Positions 36,207 through 45,271 of a stretch of DNA of 56,971 bases are shown here, piece after piece. How positions within the stretch are numbered: the stretch's first letter is position 1; every line of letters starts with the position of its first letter. The position numbers were made by a program, and so were the translations under genes. Under the pieces are notes generated by a model that was not told the origin of the DNA, searched no databases, and saw only the letters and a list, made by a program, of their open reading frames with translations. Source of the DNA: a virus (taxonomy: Duplodnaviria; Caudoviricetes); IMG/VR virus record IMGVR_UViG_3300044630_000901, positions 1-56,971 of that record; one strand, written 5' to 3'.

Positions 36207-36593
36207 TTATGCCGAACGGCGGATGTTGACAACGCGCTCTGAGCGAATATTTATGCCCGGTGGTAACTCGTTGTCGTTGTTGTCGCGGAACTGTTCAATG
36301 GCGGTCTTTGCAGCCCGCACCTCGATCAAGCTCCACTCTTCGTTGGCCTTCACAAATTCCATGAAGGCTTCACGATCTGCAACGCTGGCGGTTGTACGCA
36401 CAGCGGTGTAAGCCGTACCAAACTCAGTCTTCACTGAGTCCATGCCGGTCTTGTTAAATACGTCCAGCAGCTTGGCTTCGAGCTTGTCCATCTTTTCAGT
36501 GATGGGGGCAACTGAGGCTTCAAACTCGGACTTCATCTGCGCTTTCTTGTCACGGAGCTGTATGTACAGCGTGACGGCTTCTGATAATTTCAT
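36207..36593 (-). CDS. Conserved-looking replication-module hypothetical protein
   Basis: 128 aa, coiled coil plus 'SVKTEFGT...LPPGI'. Confidence 0.7.
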   Translation of the reverse strand: MKLSEAVTLYIQLRDKKAQMKSEFEASVAPITEKMDKLEAKLLDVFNKTGMDSVKTEFGTAYTAVRTTASVADREAFMEFVKANEEWSLIEVRAAKTAIEQFRDNNDNELPPGINIRSERVVNIRRSA

Positions 36594-38161
36594 TGGTCTA
36601 TCCGCTCTTTCATCATGTCGAGTAACACACCCTGCATGGACTGTTTGTCCTGCAGTCTCTTATACACACGCCGCTCAACATCCGTACCTGCAATGTGAAC
36701 GATCACTGTGGTTCTTGTCTGGCCCGGTCGCCTTACGCGAGCACAAGCCTGTTCGTAAGTCTCATTCGAGTGAACCGGGGCGTACCACACGATGGTGGTT
36801 GCTGCCGTCAGTGTCAGCCCGTGGCTCATGGTCGATGCGTTAGCCACCAACACACGAGGGTCTAGACCTCGTTGAAACTCACCAAAAATTCGGTCGCGCT
36901 CGGATTTGCTAGTTCCGCCATGCACCGTTTCTACCGTCCAGTCCTTACGCAGTTCTGACGCCACACTTTCCAGTGCGCCGGTCAGTGGCACAAACACGAT
37001 GACTTTGCCTTCGGACTCTTCGATGATTTCCTTGAGCACGTCCATGCGTGGCTTGGATGGGATGACAACCTCTTCGCCGTCTGTCCCGTATGCGACACCA
37101 CATGCGATCTGAATCAACTTGTTGGCTTTCACAGCCTCGTTGACAGCCAGAATCTGCCCACCGGAGTACTCGGTAGCCAGCTTGTTCATCATGTCCTTGT
37201 AGGCCTTGTCCTGCTCCTTGGTGAGGGCCACCTCGCGGGTAATGAATGTCTGCTCTGGCAAGTCCACGCAGTCATCCAGTGAGAACCGGATAGCTGGCTG
37301 CATCATCTGGTACACGGCGTCGTTGGCGTCTTGGCGTGCTGCCCACTTGAACGGTGTGATCTGCCGCATCACGCGGTCACGGAACGCACTGAAATACTTG
37401 GGCACGTTGTTGTTATCTGGTGTCACCAGCTTGCACTGGGCCCATGCGTCGGTAGGAGCGTTAGGCGTTGGTGAGCCAGTCATGCCCCACACACGGCGTG
37501 TGGACTGCTTGTTGCAGATGGTGTTCAGAATCTTCCAGCGGTCAGTGCCAGAGTTACGTGCCAACGCAAGCTCGTCTACAACGATCAGATCAATGTCAGG
37601 GCGCTTGGCCAGCTCGTCTTTGATGGTGGCCAGCCCGTCGATGTTGATGACGTAGACATGCACGTCCTGCTTGAGCAGCTTGATACGTCTGTCCCGTGAA
37701 CCGTGCAGTACCACGCAGTCTAAGTGCGGGAACGTCTGGAACACTGAGTCAGCCCACGTACGCTCCATGGTAGACAGCGGACACACAACGAGCATCTTCT
37801 TGACTGTCTTGGTGCGACGTAGATAGTCGTACGCCCACAGTGCGCTGTTGGTCTTGCCAGTGCCCATACCGTTGAGGCAGAACGCACGGCTGTTCATAGA
37901 CAGAAATGAAGCCGTCTCCAGTTGAGCGGAGAACGGACTGTGCCTACCACTGACCTTGGGCCAGTCATAGTGCATGGGCATGGGGTCAGGAACCTCGAAG
38001 CCCAAGTTACGCAGCACCCGAGTTTCATCAGGTCTGTGTGGCACTGCTACCAGTGTCGCGCCTTTGTGTTCGACCAACACTGAGGTTGGTATGACAGTCG
38101 TTACTCGTGTCGGGTTGCGAAGCTTGAGTACGACTGCTTTTTTATCTTTGTGAATTAGCAT
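36590..38161 (-). CDS. SNF2-family (SF2) helicase
   Basis: 'GMGTGKT', 'IVVDE', 'MTGSP', 'HGLTL', 'QACARVRRPGQ'. Confidence 0.9.
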   Translation of the reverse strand: MLIHKDKKAVVLKLRNPTRVTTVIPTSVLVEHKGATLVAVPHRPDETRVLRNLGFEVPDPMPMHYDWPKVSGRHSPFSAQLETASFLSMNSRAFCLNGMGTGKTNSALWAYDYLRRTKTVKKMLVVCPLSTMERTWADSVFQTFPHLDCVVLHGSRDRRIKLLKQDVHVYVINIDGLATIKDELAKRPDIDLIVVDELALARNSGTDRWKILNTICNKQSTRRVWGMTGSPTPNAPTDAWAQCKLVTPDNNNVPKYFSAFRDRVMRQITPFKWAARQDANDAVYQMMQPAIRFSLDDCVDLPEQTFITREVALTKEQDKAYKDMMNKLATEYSGGQILAVNEAVKANKLIQIACGVAYGTDGEEVVIPSKPRMDVLKEIIEESEGKVIVFVPLTGALESVASELRKDWTVETVHGGTSKSERDRIFGEFQRGLDPRVLVANASTMSHGLTLTAATTIVWYAPVHSNETYEQACARVRRPGQTRTTVIVHIAGTDVERRVYKRLQDKQSMQGVLLDMMKERIDQ

Positions 38162-38460
38162 GGGTTGAGTGATTTGTGAAGTGCCATGGCCTCGCTAAAA
38201 ATAAGCGGCTTCCAAACGAAGAGCCCTCGTTCTTGTTCAGCTTCAAACTCATGGTTAATCTTGTCCTGCATTTTTTTATTACGGTCGCGGTTGCGTTCGT
38301 GTCGCAAAGCTAGTTTTTTTGCCGGTGTTCCAGACGAAACACCAAGCACCCTAGCGGCTTGTGTGTAATTCATACCTTGGATGTTTATGAGATTCCACGC
38401 AAAGCAGTAGAGCATGTCGTCGTAACTATCTTCGAGGTCGTAGTAGTGGTTTATTAGCAT
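38155..38460 (-). CDS. Hypothetical HTH-like protein, AT-rich
   Basis: 'MNYTQAARVLGVS' helix-turn-helix-like segment. Confidence 0.55.
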   Translation of the reverse strand: MLINHYYDLEDSYDDMLYCFAWNLINIQGMNYTQAARVLGVSSGTPAKKLALRHERNRDRNKKMQDKINHEFEAEQERGLFVWKPLIFSEAMALHKSLNPC

Positions 38461-38663
38461 GTGAGTTTCATTGCAACAAGAGCTGCTGTGACCCCTTCAT
38501 CGGTTTGTTCAAATGGCATTTCGTGGATTTCGTCGCTAATGTCGTGCCTTGTTCGCCAGCGGACCAGCAGTTGGTCGTTGATGTAGTCGCGCATCATCGT
38601 GATGGCGATGATGCCCTCCGGTACTTGCTGGCCGAACCACGGTAGTGGCATGGCCCGGGTCAT
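38454..38663 (-). CDS. Hypothetical protein
   Basis: Probable start 38663 or 38651; ends 'AALVAMKLTC'. Confidence 0.55.
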   Translation of the reverse strand: MTRAMPLPWFGQQVPEGIIAITMMRDYINDQLLVRWRTRHDISDEIHEMPFEQTDEGVTAALVAMKLTC

Positions 38664-38694
38664 CGGGTGGGGGTTGCTCCAGTTGCCACGGTCT

Positions 38695-38961
38695 TCACTT
38701 ATCGGGGTTGTAAGAGCCACTACCCTTCCTCCACCCACGGTTGGTTGCGCGTTCTTGGACTGTGGTGTTGCCCTTGTGGTTGCCGCCGCCATTCTCCAGC
38801 GACTTCTTGTGGGCCACGTCCTTACCATCACCGACTTTGGCTTTGCCGTCTTTGATAGCTTCGCGCCGTGCAGCGTTGTTCTTCACACGCTTGGCCACTT
38901 CTTCAGGGCGAGCGTTGTAGGCTTTTTGATATTCAAGTTTGCGGGGTGTTGACTTCGTCAT
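38695..38961 (-). CDS. Small HNH-like protein
   Basis: 'GDGKDVAHKK.L..GG.N...N.......NR' HNH-type pattern. Confidence 0.7.
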   Translation of the reverse strand: MTKSTPRKLEYQKAYNARPEEVAKRVKNNAARREAIKDGKAKVGDGKDVAHKKSLENGGGNHKGNTTVQERATNRGWRKGSGSYNPDK

Positions 38962-39277
38962 TTGGTCTCTCCAGTTTGAAGTAGATATCAATTGAATTGA
39001 ACAGGGTTTTCAGGTCATCAGGATTGTCCACCACCCAAGCAAAGCCTTCAGCTTTTTGTATGGCCTCGATGACCCTGTCTTGATTGGCCGTCGTCTGGTT
39101 ACGCTTGCCGGGAGCCTTGGTCTCAATGGCCACGAACAGCCCACGGTAGCAGCAGATGATGTCCGGGATACCGACCTGCCCCATGCCATTAGACACAGGC
39201 ATAAAGAACCATGCGCCGATGGACTTGAGGTATTTCTTGCAAGCGTCTTTGACGACGCCCTCTGGGGTTTTAGCCAT
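38933..39277 (-). CDS. VRR-NUC domain nuclease
   Basis: 'GIPDII...FVAIETKAPG...T..Q'. Confidence 0.85.
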   Translation of the reverse strand: MAKTPEGVVKDACKKYLKSIGAWFFMPVSNGMGQVGIPDIICCYRGLFVAIETKAPGKRNQTTANQDRVIEAIQKAEGFAWVVDNPDDLKTLFNSIDIYFKLERPNDEVNTPQT

Positions 39278-39926
39278 TCTTCCTCCCGTTGAATTCACAG
39301 CTCAATACTGGACACCACGCCTTACACAGCCCTGACGTTTTGGCTGGCCACTTGTCTCTCTCATAAGCAGACTCCAGCTTGGCCACACGAGGTACGAACC
39401 CCTGCCAGATGATGGGCACTTCAGCTCGTTGGCGAGGCTGCCAGTCGATCTTCTTTTCCTTGAGCCAGATGAAACCTGTAGTGACCTTCTCGACTTCAGG
39501 GTGGTGGGCGAACACGTAGTTGGCGTATAGGTCTAACTGCTCGGTGGGCTTGCGCTTGCCGGTCTTGTAGTCGGCGACCACAGCGTGCTGGCCGTGGATA
39601 ACAACCAAGTCAGCGATGCCGCGAGTCCATGCGCCTTTCCATGCGGTGGGCTGGAAGTTGCGATCAAGAGCGTACTCCATCTCGCACAGCTTCTTGCCCG
39701 GCAGGGCAGCCAGCTTGAACGCCAGCTTCTGCCACTGGTCCATGCCTTCCGGCAGCATGACGCCGTCTTTGATGAAGTCTTCAAAGGCAGTGTGTACCCT
39801 TGTACCCCACTCAGTGTGTACCGTAGGCGGCTCGACAATGTCTCGCTTGACCTTGAGGTGATAGAACTTTCTTGGGCAGGTCTCGAACGTATCAAGTTGG
39901 CTGTACGTCCATGCTGGGTTTGTCAT
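39270..39926 (-). CDS. PD-(D/E)XK (Cas4/RecB-like) nuclease
   Basis: 'CPR', 'GT.VH', 'GIADL...DYKTGK', 'QL..Y', 'C..WCPV..C'. Confidence 0.85.
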   Translation of the reverse strand: MTNPAWTYSQLDTFETCPRKFYHLKVKRDIVEPPTVHTEWGTRVHTAFEDFIKDGVMLPEGMDQWQKLAFKLAALPGKKLCEMEYALDRNFQPTAWKGAWTRGIADLVVIHGQHAVVADYKTGKRKPTEQLDLYANYVFAHHPEVEKVTTGFIWLKEKKIDWQPRQRAEVPIIWQGFVPRVAKLESAYERDKWPAKTSGLCKAWCPVLSCEFNGRKNG

Positions 39927-40023
39927 GTTGTTCCAATGCGGTGTCGCCCCAATGCGTCATTTGACGGTTGGGGCTTTGCGTTCTGAAGCTCTATGGTAGC
40001 AGCTTGATGAGTGGTGTCAACGA

Positions 40024-41979
40024 TTATTTCACTTCGCCGTACGTGTCACCCAAGTCGCCTTCAGACCACGTGATGAGCTCAGGCCACCATGATACGCCCT
40101 TACGCATGACGCCCTGCAATTCGTCAAGAACCTCTTGGGCAACGGTAGCTGGAACGATGTAGACCAACTCGTCATGAACCGCCAGCGATGGGCGATACGC
40201 GGTGCGTTTGTACATCGTCATGGCATGCTCGGCGATCACGTCACGGGCAAGGGCTTGCACCAAGTTCTCAACGCCTTTTCCAGCGTAGATGCGAGCTCGT
40301 GAGCGGCCACTGCCGTACCACCATTCGGTCTTGCCGTTGTCCATTTCCTTGGTCAGGCCGGGGTAGTGAATCTTGCGACCAGACGGCAGACGCACAGCGT
40401 TCTTCTCTGTGATGCATAGACCCCACGGGTCAATGGCTGTCTCGATGCCTTGCGCAATGCTGGGCAGGCTGTTCTGAAAAGACTTCCAGCCTTTAACAAT
40501 GTCGTGGTACGTATCACGCCACGCTGTTACAACTTCCAAGGACTCAGCTTCTGACAACTCCAGACCGCCCATCAGCTTGGCCACCTTGCGGAACGTAGGA
40601 GCGCCAGCGCCGAAGCCCAGACCCAACTGCGCGATCTTGGCCAGCTGTCGCTGGTCTTTAGACACATCGCTCTCGTCGATGCCGTAGCGTGCGGCAGCAA
40701 ACGATTTGTACAGGTCAGCCTCAACGTCGTTGTTGTACAAGTCCATGGACTGCTTGACCTTCCACAAGAAGTGGTTGACCCGCAATTCAATACCGGACAA
40801 GTCAGCTACGACAACCTTGTGTCCCTTGGGGGCACGCAGTGAGTTACGCAGCGCGTCGGACGGCTTGGGACTCTTGGGGTTGATGCGCGGCAGGTTCTGC
40901 ATGTTGTACTGCTCACCAGACCAGCGGCCAGTGGTGTCAGCGCCAGCGTACTTGAGTGGCACGGGAAGACGACCGCCACAGACGTCAGCGGCTTTTATAA
41001 ACGCTTGCAGTCGTGTCTCCAGCAGTGTGGACTTGACCTCAAGGCGTACACGGGCGGCAGCAGCAACGATAGGGTCTTCGTGGTCTTGCAGTGCGATGAA
41101 CGCATCGTCAGTCTTGGCCAGTGCTGGTGTCATCTTGGCCGGGTTGGTGGGCGACTGCTTCATGGGCACTTCCACGCCGCGAGTCTTGAGCAGTTCACCG
41201 AACTTGGCAGCGCTGGCCATGGTCATGCGGACATACTCTTCGGGGTCGGTGGGGTCGCCTTCAAGCTTACGGGCCACGGACTCAGCTTGCGTAAACAGCA
41301 AGTCGTACAGGTCGTTGAGTGACTTGGCCTTCTCAGCTTTCACATCCTCAAGCGCCTTGTTCACCATGGCGTAGTCAAGCTCGAACTTGGGCTCAACCAA
41401 CATACGTGTAGTCATGTCGATCTGCAACAGCTCTGCCTTGGGGAATCCCTTGGCCAGCTTCTTGAACAACTCAGCGCACAGGTCAGTGTCCACCTTGTTG
41501 TACTCTTCCATCTGAGCTAGCTCATCAGGGCTGAAGTCACACAGGTGTTTGCCCTTGGTGTTCGTGGCTTCGAGGTCCAGCTTGGCACCGACCTTCAACT
41601 CAGCGGCCAGCTTCTTGAGTGACACGCCTGTCAGGAATTTACCCCCTACAGACACGCCAGTCTTGGAGTACTTGGACCGTGCCATAGCAGCAGTGCAGCC
41701 GTACATCTTGGGCTTGATGCCGAAGCGCCATGCAAGAATCATGGCGTCGAAGCCTGACATGTTGTGACCGATAACGATCTTGTCGCTCCAGTCCATGTCC
41801 TGCATGTGCCTTCTGATCTTGTCCTCACCGAACAGCACGTAGGTCGGCTCGTCGCCTTCACGAATGGCCACTGAAATGATTTCGGTGTCGGGGTGCTGCA
41901 CGTACTCGGTTGGAGACATGCGACTCAGTGTGTGCGTCGTGCTCCAGTACGATTCAAAGTCTATGTAGACGGGTGTCAT
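40024..41979 (-). CDS. polA: Family A DNA polymerase with 3'-5' exonuclease
   Basis: ExoI 'IDFES', ExoII 'HN..FD', 'TGRWSG', 'NMQNLP', motif A 'DLSGIELR', motif B 'RQLAKIAQLG', motif C 'VHDE'. Confidence 0.93.
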   Translation of the reverse strand: MTPVYIDFESYWSTTHTLSRMSPTEYVQHPDTEIISVAIREGDEPTYVLFGEDKIRRHMQDMDWSDKIVIGHNMSGFDAMILAWRFGIKPKMYGCTAAMARSKYSKTGVSVGGKFLTGVSLKKLAAELKVGAKLDLEATNTKGKHLCDFSPDELAQMEEYNKVDTDLCAELFKKLAKGFPKAELLQIDMTTRMLVEPKFELDYAMVNKALEDVKAEKAKSLNDLYDLLFTQAESVARKLEGDPTDPEEYVRMTMASAAKFGELLKTRGVEVPMKQSPTNPAKMTPALAKTDDAFIALQDHEDPIVAAAARVRLEVKSTLLETRLQAFIKAADVCGGRLPVPLKYAGADTTGRWSGEQYNMQNLPRINPKSPKPSDALRNSLRAPKGHKVVVADLSGIELRVNHFLWKVKQSMDLYNNDVEADLYKSFAAARYGIDESDVSKDQRQLAKIAQLGLGFGAGAPTFRKVAKLMGGLELSEAESLEVVTAWRDTYHDIVKGWKSFQNSLPSIAQGIETAIDPWGLCITEKNAVRLPSGRKIHYPGLTKEMDNGKTEWWYGSGRSRARIYAGKGVENLVQALARDVIAEHAMTMYKRTAYRPSLAVHDELVYIVPATVAQEVLDELQGVMRKGVSWWPELITWSEGDLGDTYGEVK

Positions 41980-41981
41980 TG

Positions 41982-42245
41982 TTACTCCAGTTTGTTTGCG
42001 ATTTTGTACGCCCGCCACAGAGTGCCAATCTCTGAGTCGCAGCTCTCTGCGTAATCGAGAAAGCCTCTGAGTTCTTGCAATCCCTTGACCATGGTAGTAG
42101 TCAGCGTGATGGACTCACTGCCATCATTGAGCGTGATTGTGCCGGGAGCGTTAGTTGTGCCAATGCCAAGATTGCCAGAAGCGCTCAGCGTCATGCGTGG
42201 CGTGAGTTGAGGCTGGGTTGCGAAGACGACGGGTGCGCCGCTCAT
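41982..42245 (-). CDS. Hypothetical protein
   Basis: 87 aa, TGATG-coupled; contains 'RMTLSASGNLGIGTT'. Confidence 0.6.
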   Translation of the reverse strand: MSGAPVVFATQPQLTPRMTLSASGNLGIGTTNAPGTITLNDGSESITLTTTMVKGLQELRGFLDYAESCDSEIGTLWRAYKIANKLE

Positions 42246-42685
42246 CAGTACATGCCCTCAAGGTTAGGCGGTGTGTAGTCTGGACCCTTGGCGACTTTGC
42301 CGTGCTCGTTGAAGATGGGCTGGCCGTTCTTGTCGAACTTGCTCCAGTTGCTGCTGTTGACCGCAGCGATAGCCTGCGTAGTCTTCATACCAGCGCAGTG
42401 GCCACAACCAACGCCAGTGACAACCTGATCGCCAATGGAGTCTAGGAATTCCTTGCGGTCGTTAATACTGGCAGACAACTCGCCGCTCTTGAGCATACGT
42501 GCCAGCGCGTTGAGGGCTACTCTGGTAGACCGGACCTCATACTCCACACCATCAGAGTTGAAGTCCAGTGTGTCGATCATCTCAACGATCTCCTCAAAGT
42601 GACAACCCAGCTGGACGCTAAAGTCCGCCTCAGTCGGTTGTGGTCTGGCACGCTTGTGCCACAGTTCAATTTGGTCGATGCTCAT
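42245..42685 (-). CDS. MazG-like (all-alpha) NTP pyrophosphohydrolase
   Basis: 'EE..E', 'E.LD...D', 'SNWSKFD..G.PI....GKV.KGP.Y.PP.L'. Confidence 0.8.
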   Translation of the reverse strand: MSIDQIELWHKRARPQPTEADFSVQLGCHFEEIVEMIDTLDFNSDGVEYEVRSTRVALNALARMLKSGELSASINDRKEFLDSIGDQVVTGVGCGHCAGMKTTQAIAAVNSSNWSKFDKNGQPIFNEHGKVAKGPDYTPPNLEGMY

Positions 42686-42957
42686 TACTTCTCCAATGCG
42701 TTTATTGCCATGATGCGTGCGATGACGTCCGGGATTTTCTCGTCGTCCTTGACGATGTACAGCTCGTGTGTCCAGTCGTTGCCCATCTTAACGGGCTTGT
42801 ACTGCGACGACTTGACGATGTAGCCGTTGGTGGCTTTGATGATGTTAAAAGTTAGCAGGGCATCTTCCTCAGTCACCCTATTTGCCCTAACCAAGTCTGG
42901 CGTAAGCGCTACGTCGTTTGACATAAGCCAGTTACGGAACCATTGTTTGATGCTCAT
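42685..42957 (-). CDS. Hypothetical protein (paralogue of 42957-43280)
   Basis: 'I.KATNGYIV...IARIMAINALEK'. Confidence 0.65.
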   Translation of the reverse strand: MSIKQWFRNWLMSNDVALTPDLVRANRVTEEDALLTFNIIKATNGYIVKSSQYKPVKMGNDWTHELYIVKDDEKIPDVIARIMAINALEK

Positions 42958-43280
42958 TACTTCTCCAGTTGGAATGCAACCATCGCTGCTGCAATGATCT
43001 CGTTGACTTCAGTGATGGTATGTGCGATGTGCGTCTCGTACTCGTAGCCATCTCTGGTTCCGATGTTGACTACAAAGCCGTTGGCGACTTGCTGCACTTC
43101 GATGTTGCCACTGAAGATTTTCTTGCTTGTGGCTCTGCGGGCTATGCGCTCCGCACCTAACATGCCTTGGCTGGTGATTGAACTCTGTATGGCACCCTGC
43201 AAGCCAGCGGTAGTCAGTACGCTTTGCGCTGCGTTTTGTGCGCTATTGCCAATGAGGGCGTGCATCAAGTTTCCGAACAT
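42957..43280 (-). CDS. Hypothetical protein
   Basis: 'VQQVANGFVV...IAAAMVAFQLEK'. Confidence 0.65.
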   Translation of the reverse strand: MFGNLMHALIGNSAQNAAQSVLTTAGLQGAIQSSITSQGMLGAERIARRATSKKIFSGNIEVQQVANGFVVNIGTRDGYEYETHIAHTITEVNEIIAAAMVAFQLEK

Positions 43281-43615
43281 TTGCGTGTCTCCAGTGAAAG
43301 CAAGAAGAGGATGCAGCACCCGGCGTGAGCAAGGTGAGAGAGCCCAGTTTCAGGATCGTCTTTTTGGTTACCACGGTTGTACGTAGCCAAGTGCCGGAAC
43401 GCTGCAGCTAAGTAGCGAGTCTCGCCATCCTCTACATGCTTCCAGTTGTCACGAGCATACTTACGGGCACCGAAGTCCAAGACCTTGACGATTTCTTCTA
43501 CTGCATCCCATGGGAGCAAGGTGTAGTCTGGTTTGTCTGTGTCGTATTTCATACCGTGTGTTTTCAGCATTTGCTGCATAGCTTCCTCTTCCTCTGTAGT
43601 CCATTCTGCTGTCAT
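43265..43615 (-). CDS. dATP/dGTP diphosphohydrolase-like protein (DUF5664-type)
   Basis: 'G.KYD.DK....LLP...GARKY..DNW...RHL...DPETGLSHLAHA.C'. Confidence 0.85.
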   Translation of the reverse strand: MTAEWTTEEEEAMQQMLKTHGMKYDTDKPDYTLLPWDAVEEIVKVLDFGARKYARDNWKHVEDGETRYLAAAFRHLATYNRGNQKDDPETGLSHLAHAGCCILFLLSLETRKCSET

Positions 43616-43863
43616 CTTGTCGCCCCTTTGGTTGGGTGTGGGCAATCCTCTGGTGGGATAACCACGCACCATATTGCCTTGTAAGCCTTACGAGATGCTG
43701 ACTCCCAACGGTCGATGTATGCGTCGGGTAGCGCTTTCAACGTGCGCCGGATGTTGGACTCTGTTCTGTCTGGGAACTCAGCAATGAGCTGCTTCATGGT
43801 CATACCATCCGGTCTGGCTCGCAGTGCTGCACGTATCTCATGTGATGCGTATCTTCTTGTCAT
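43612..43863 (-). CDS. Winged-HTH-like hypothetical protein
   Basis: 'IRAALRARPDGMT...DAYIDRW...AIWCVV.PP.DCP.P'. Confidence 0.6.
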   Translation of the reverse strand: MTRRYASHEIRAALRARPDGMTMKQLIAEFPDRTESNIRRTLKALPDAYIDRWESASRKAYKAIWCVVIPPEDCPHPTKGATR

Positions 43864-44075
43864 TCATCGTCCCGGTCAAACGTAGGCAGTGGGCACCAGT
43901 GTGTCCAGCGGTCAGCGTCGCGCCACACACCAAGGACAGCGACGCCCAACTTTCTGTCAATCATCAGCATCTTTGCTCCTCTTGGTGGTGAATACTTCGT
44001 AGCATCCAGCCACTTGTTGTTAACGTCCACGACAGCGAACTGATCGCTGGTCATCTTGATGTTGGTCATTGCCAT
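43860..44075 (-). CDS. DUF551-like hypothetical protein
   Basis: 'W......PP...WTHWCPLP'. Confidence 0.55.
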   Translation of the reverse strand: MAMTNIKMTSDQFAVVDVNNKWLDATKYSPPRGAKMLMIDRKLGVAVLGVWRDADRWTHWCPLPTFDRDDE

Positions 44076-44407
44076 AGTCCTTTCCCGCCAACGAATGTTG
44101 TCTTGATTTTTGCTTGCTTCATCACAGCTACCTTCTTCAGATAGCTCTTGCGACTGCGCTCTTCCTGCGGCTGCGTGCTCTTTGGTTGAGCGTCTTCACC
44201 GTCACCGAAGGTGTACAGCTTAACTCTATTGCGCCCATCGGCTTCGTTGGAGTAGTCAACGACATAGATCATCTTCTGCCTCTTAAGCTCGGTGAGCAGC
44301 TTGCCCACAGTCTTAGGCGGTACGCCGGTACGTGCTGCCAGATCAAGTCTACTGGCTGGCCCTTGCATCAGGGCTTTGAATACCTGCACCATCTGCACGA
44401 TGTTCAT
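44066..44407 (-). CDS. HTH DNA-binding protein
   Basis: 'ASRLDLAARTGVPPKTVGKLL'. Confidence 0.65.
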   Translation of the reverse strand: MNIVQMVQVFKALMQGPASRLDLAARTGVPPKTVGKLLTELKRQKMIYVVDYSNEADGRNRVKLYTFGDGEDAQPKSTQPQEERSRKSYLKKVAVMKQAKIKTTFVGGKGLWQ

Positions 44408-44541
44408 GTGGTGCGCTCCAAGTAAACGAACAATACGAATGCCGCCATGTACAGAAACCACATGAACACCCCCCATCTTTTTGGTAAGTGCGGTGCAAGG
44501 AACACGCTGGCCATTAGTAGGAAGTAATCTGAGTCTTTCAT
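44404..44541 (-). CDS. 45-aa membrane peptide (not in ORF track)
   Basis: MKDSDYFLLMASVFLAPHLPKRWGVFMWFLYMAAFVLFVYLERTT; ATGA overlaps at both ends. Confidence 0.55.
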   Translation of the reverse strand: MKDSDYFLLMASVFLAPHLPKRWGVFMWFLYMAAFVLFVYLERTT

Positions 44542-44672
44542 TCTTTCTCCTTCACGCAGGTACAGGCGTACCCGCTTGCGTCATAGCCCAAGCCCTTGCA
44601 GTAGGTGCAAAGAGGGTCTGCGGTTTGCTTTACTGGCATGAACCAGTCAAAGAGTTGGTCGAGCCACTTCAT
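44538..44672 (-). CDS. 44-aa Zn-finger-like peptide (not in ORF track)
   Basis: 'CTYCKGLG...CTC'; ATGA overlaps at both ends. Confidence 0.6.
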   Translation of the reverse strand: MKWLDQLFDWFMPVKQTADPLCTYCKGLGYDASGYACTCVKEKE

Positions 44673-45139
44673 GTGTTCTCCAATATAGGTGTCATCTTCT
44701 TGAGCCTGTATTCCTCTTGGACAATGGCAATAGCTTTGTCCATGTCTTTCAACGTCACGACTTCCATCTGGGCATCGTGCAACTCCATGGCAGTGTTGAG
44801 TGCGTTCATCTCGTGAGCCTTGAGGATAAAGCTGCCGGACACTACACCACGCTTGCCTACGTCACGTAGGGCTTGCAGTCCATCACGAACCACATCGCTG
44901 TAGTCTTGGCCGAAGCCAAGCCGCGCAAACGCCTCAGTCATGTTGACCATGGCAATCAGTGTGTCGATGTCAGCACGCTTGGCCAAGCCCTTGGTCAGTG
45001 TCTCCATGGCTCCATGATTCTTGATCTTGAGGTCAAGCATGAACGCTGTGTGGCTGTTGACCGGGGATAGGCTCTCCAGTACGTACCCAACTGGGTTGAG
45101 CAGCACGCGCTTGGGTCTGTATGCACTACGTTTTCTCAC
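44669..45139 (-). CDS. Hypothetical protein
   Basis: 156-aa helical ORF. Confidence 0.7.
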   Translation of the reverse strand: MRKRSAYRPKRVLLNPVGYVLESLSPVNSHTAFMLDLKIKNHGAMETLTKGLAKRADIDTLIAMVNMTEAFARLGFGQDYSDVVRDGLQALRDVGKRGVVSGSFILKAHEMNALNTAMELHDAQMEVVTLKDMDKAIAIVQEEYRLKKMTPILENT

Positions 45140-45142
45140 TGT

Positions 45143-45271
45143 TCACTTTCTGTTGGAGTATCTGGTCCAGCACTTGTGGCACATCCACTTGCCACGCATC
45201 TCTATGCCGCCCAAGGGTTCTGATTCGTTGCCGCATTTGTCACACGTTTTAAGTTTCTGCATGCGCGACAT
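45143..45271 (-). CDS. Small Zn-finger protein
   Basis: 'CDKC...WMCHKC'. Confidence 0.6.
   Translation of the reverse strand: MSRMQKLKTCDKCGNESEPLGGIEMRGKWMCHKCWTRYSNRK

Noticed and set aside
43265-43615. 2-aminoadenine (Z) genome pathway
   Set aside because: No PurZ (adenylosuccinate synthetase-like) gene is present in the window.
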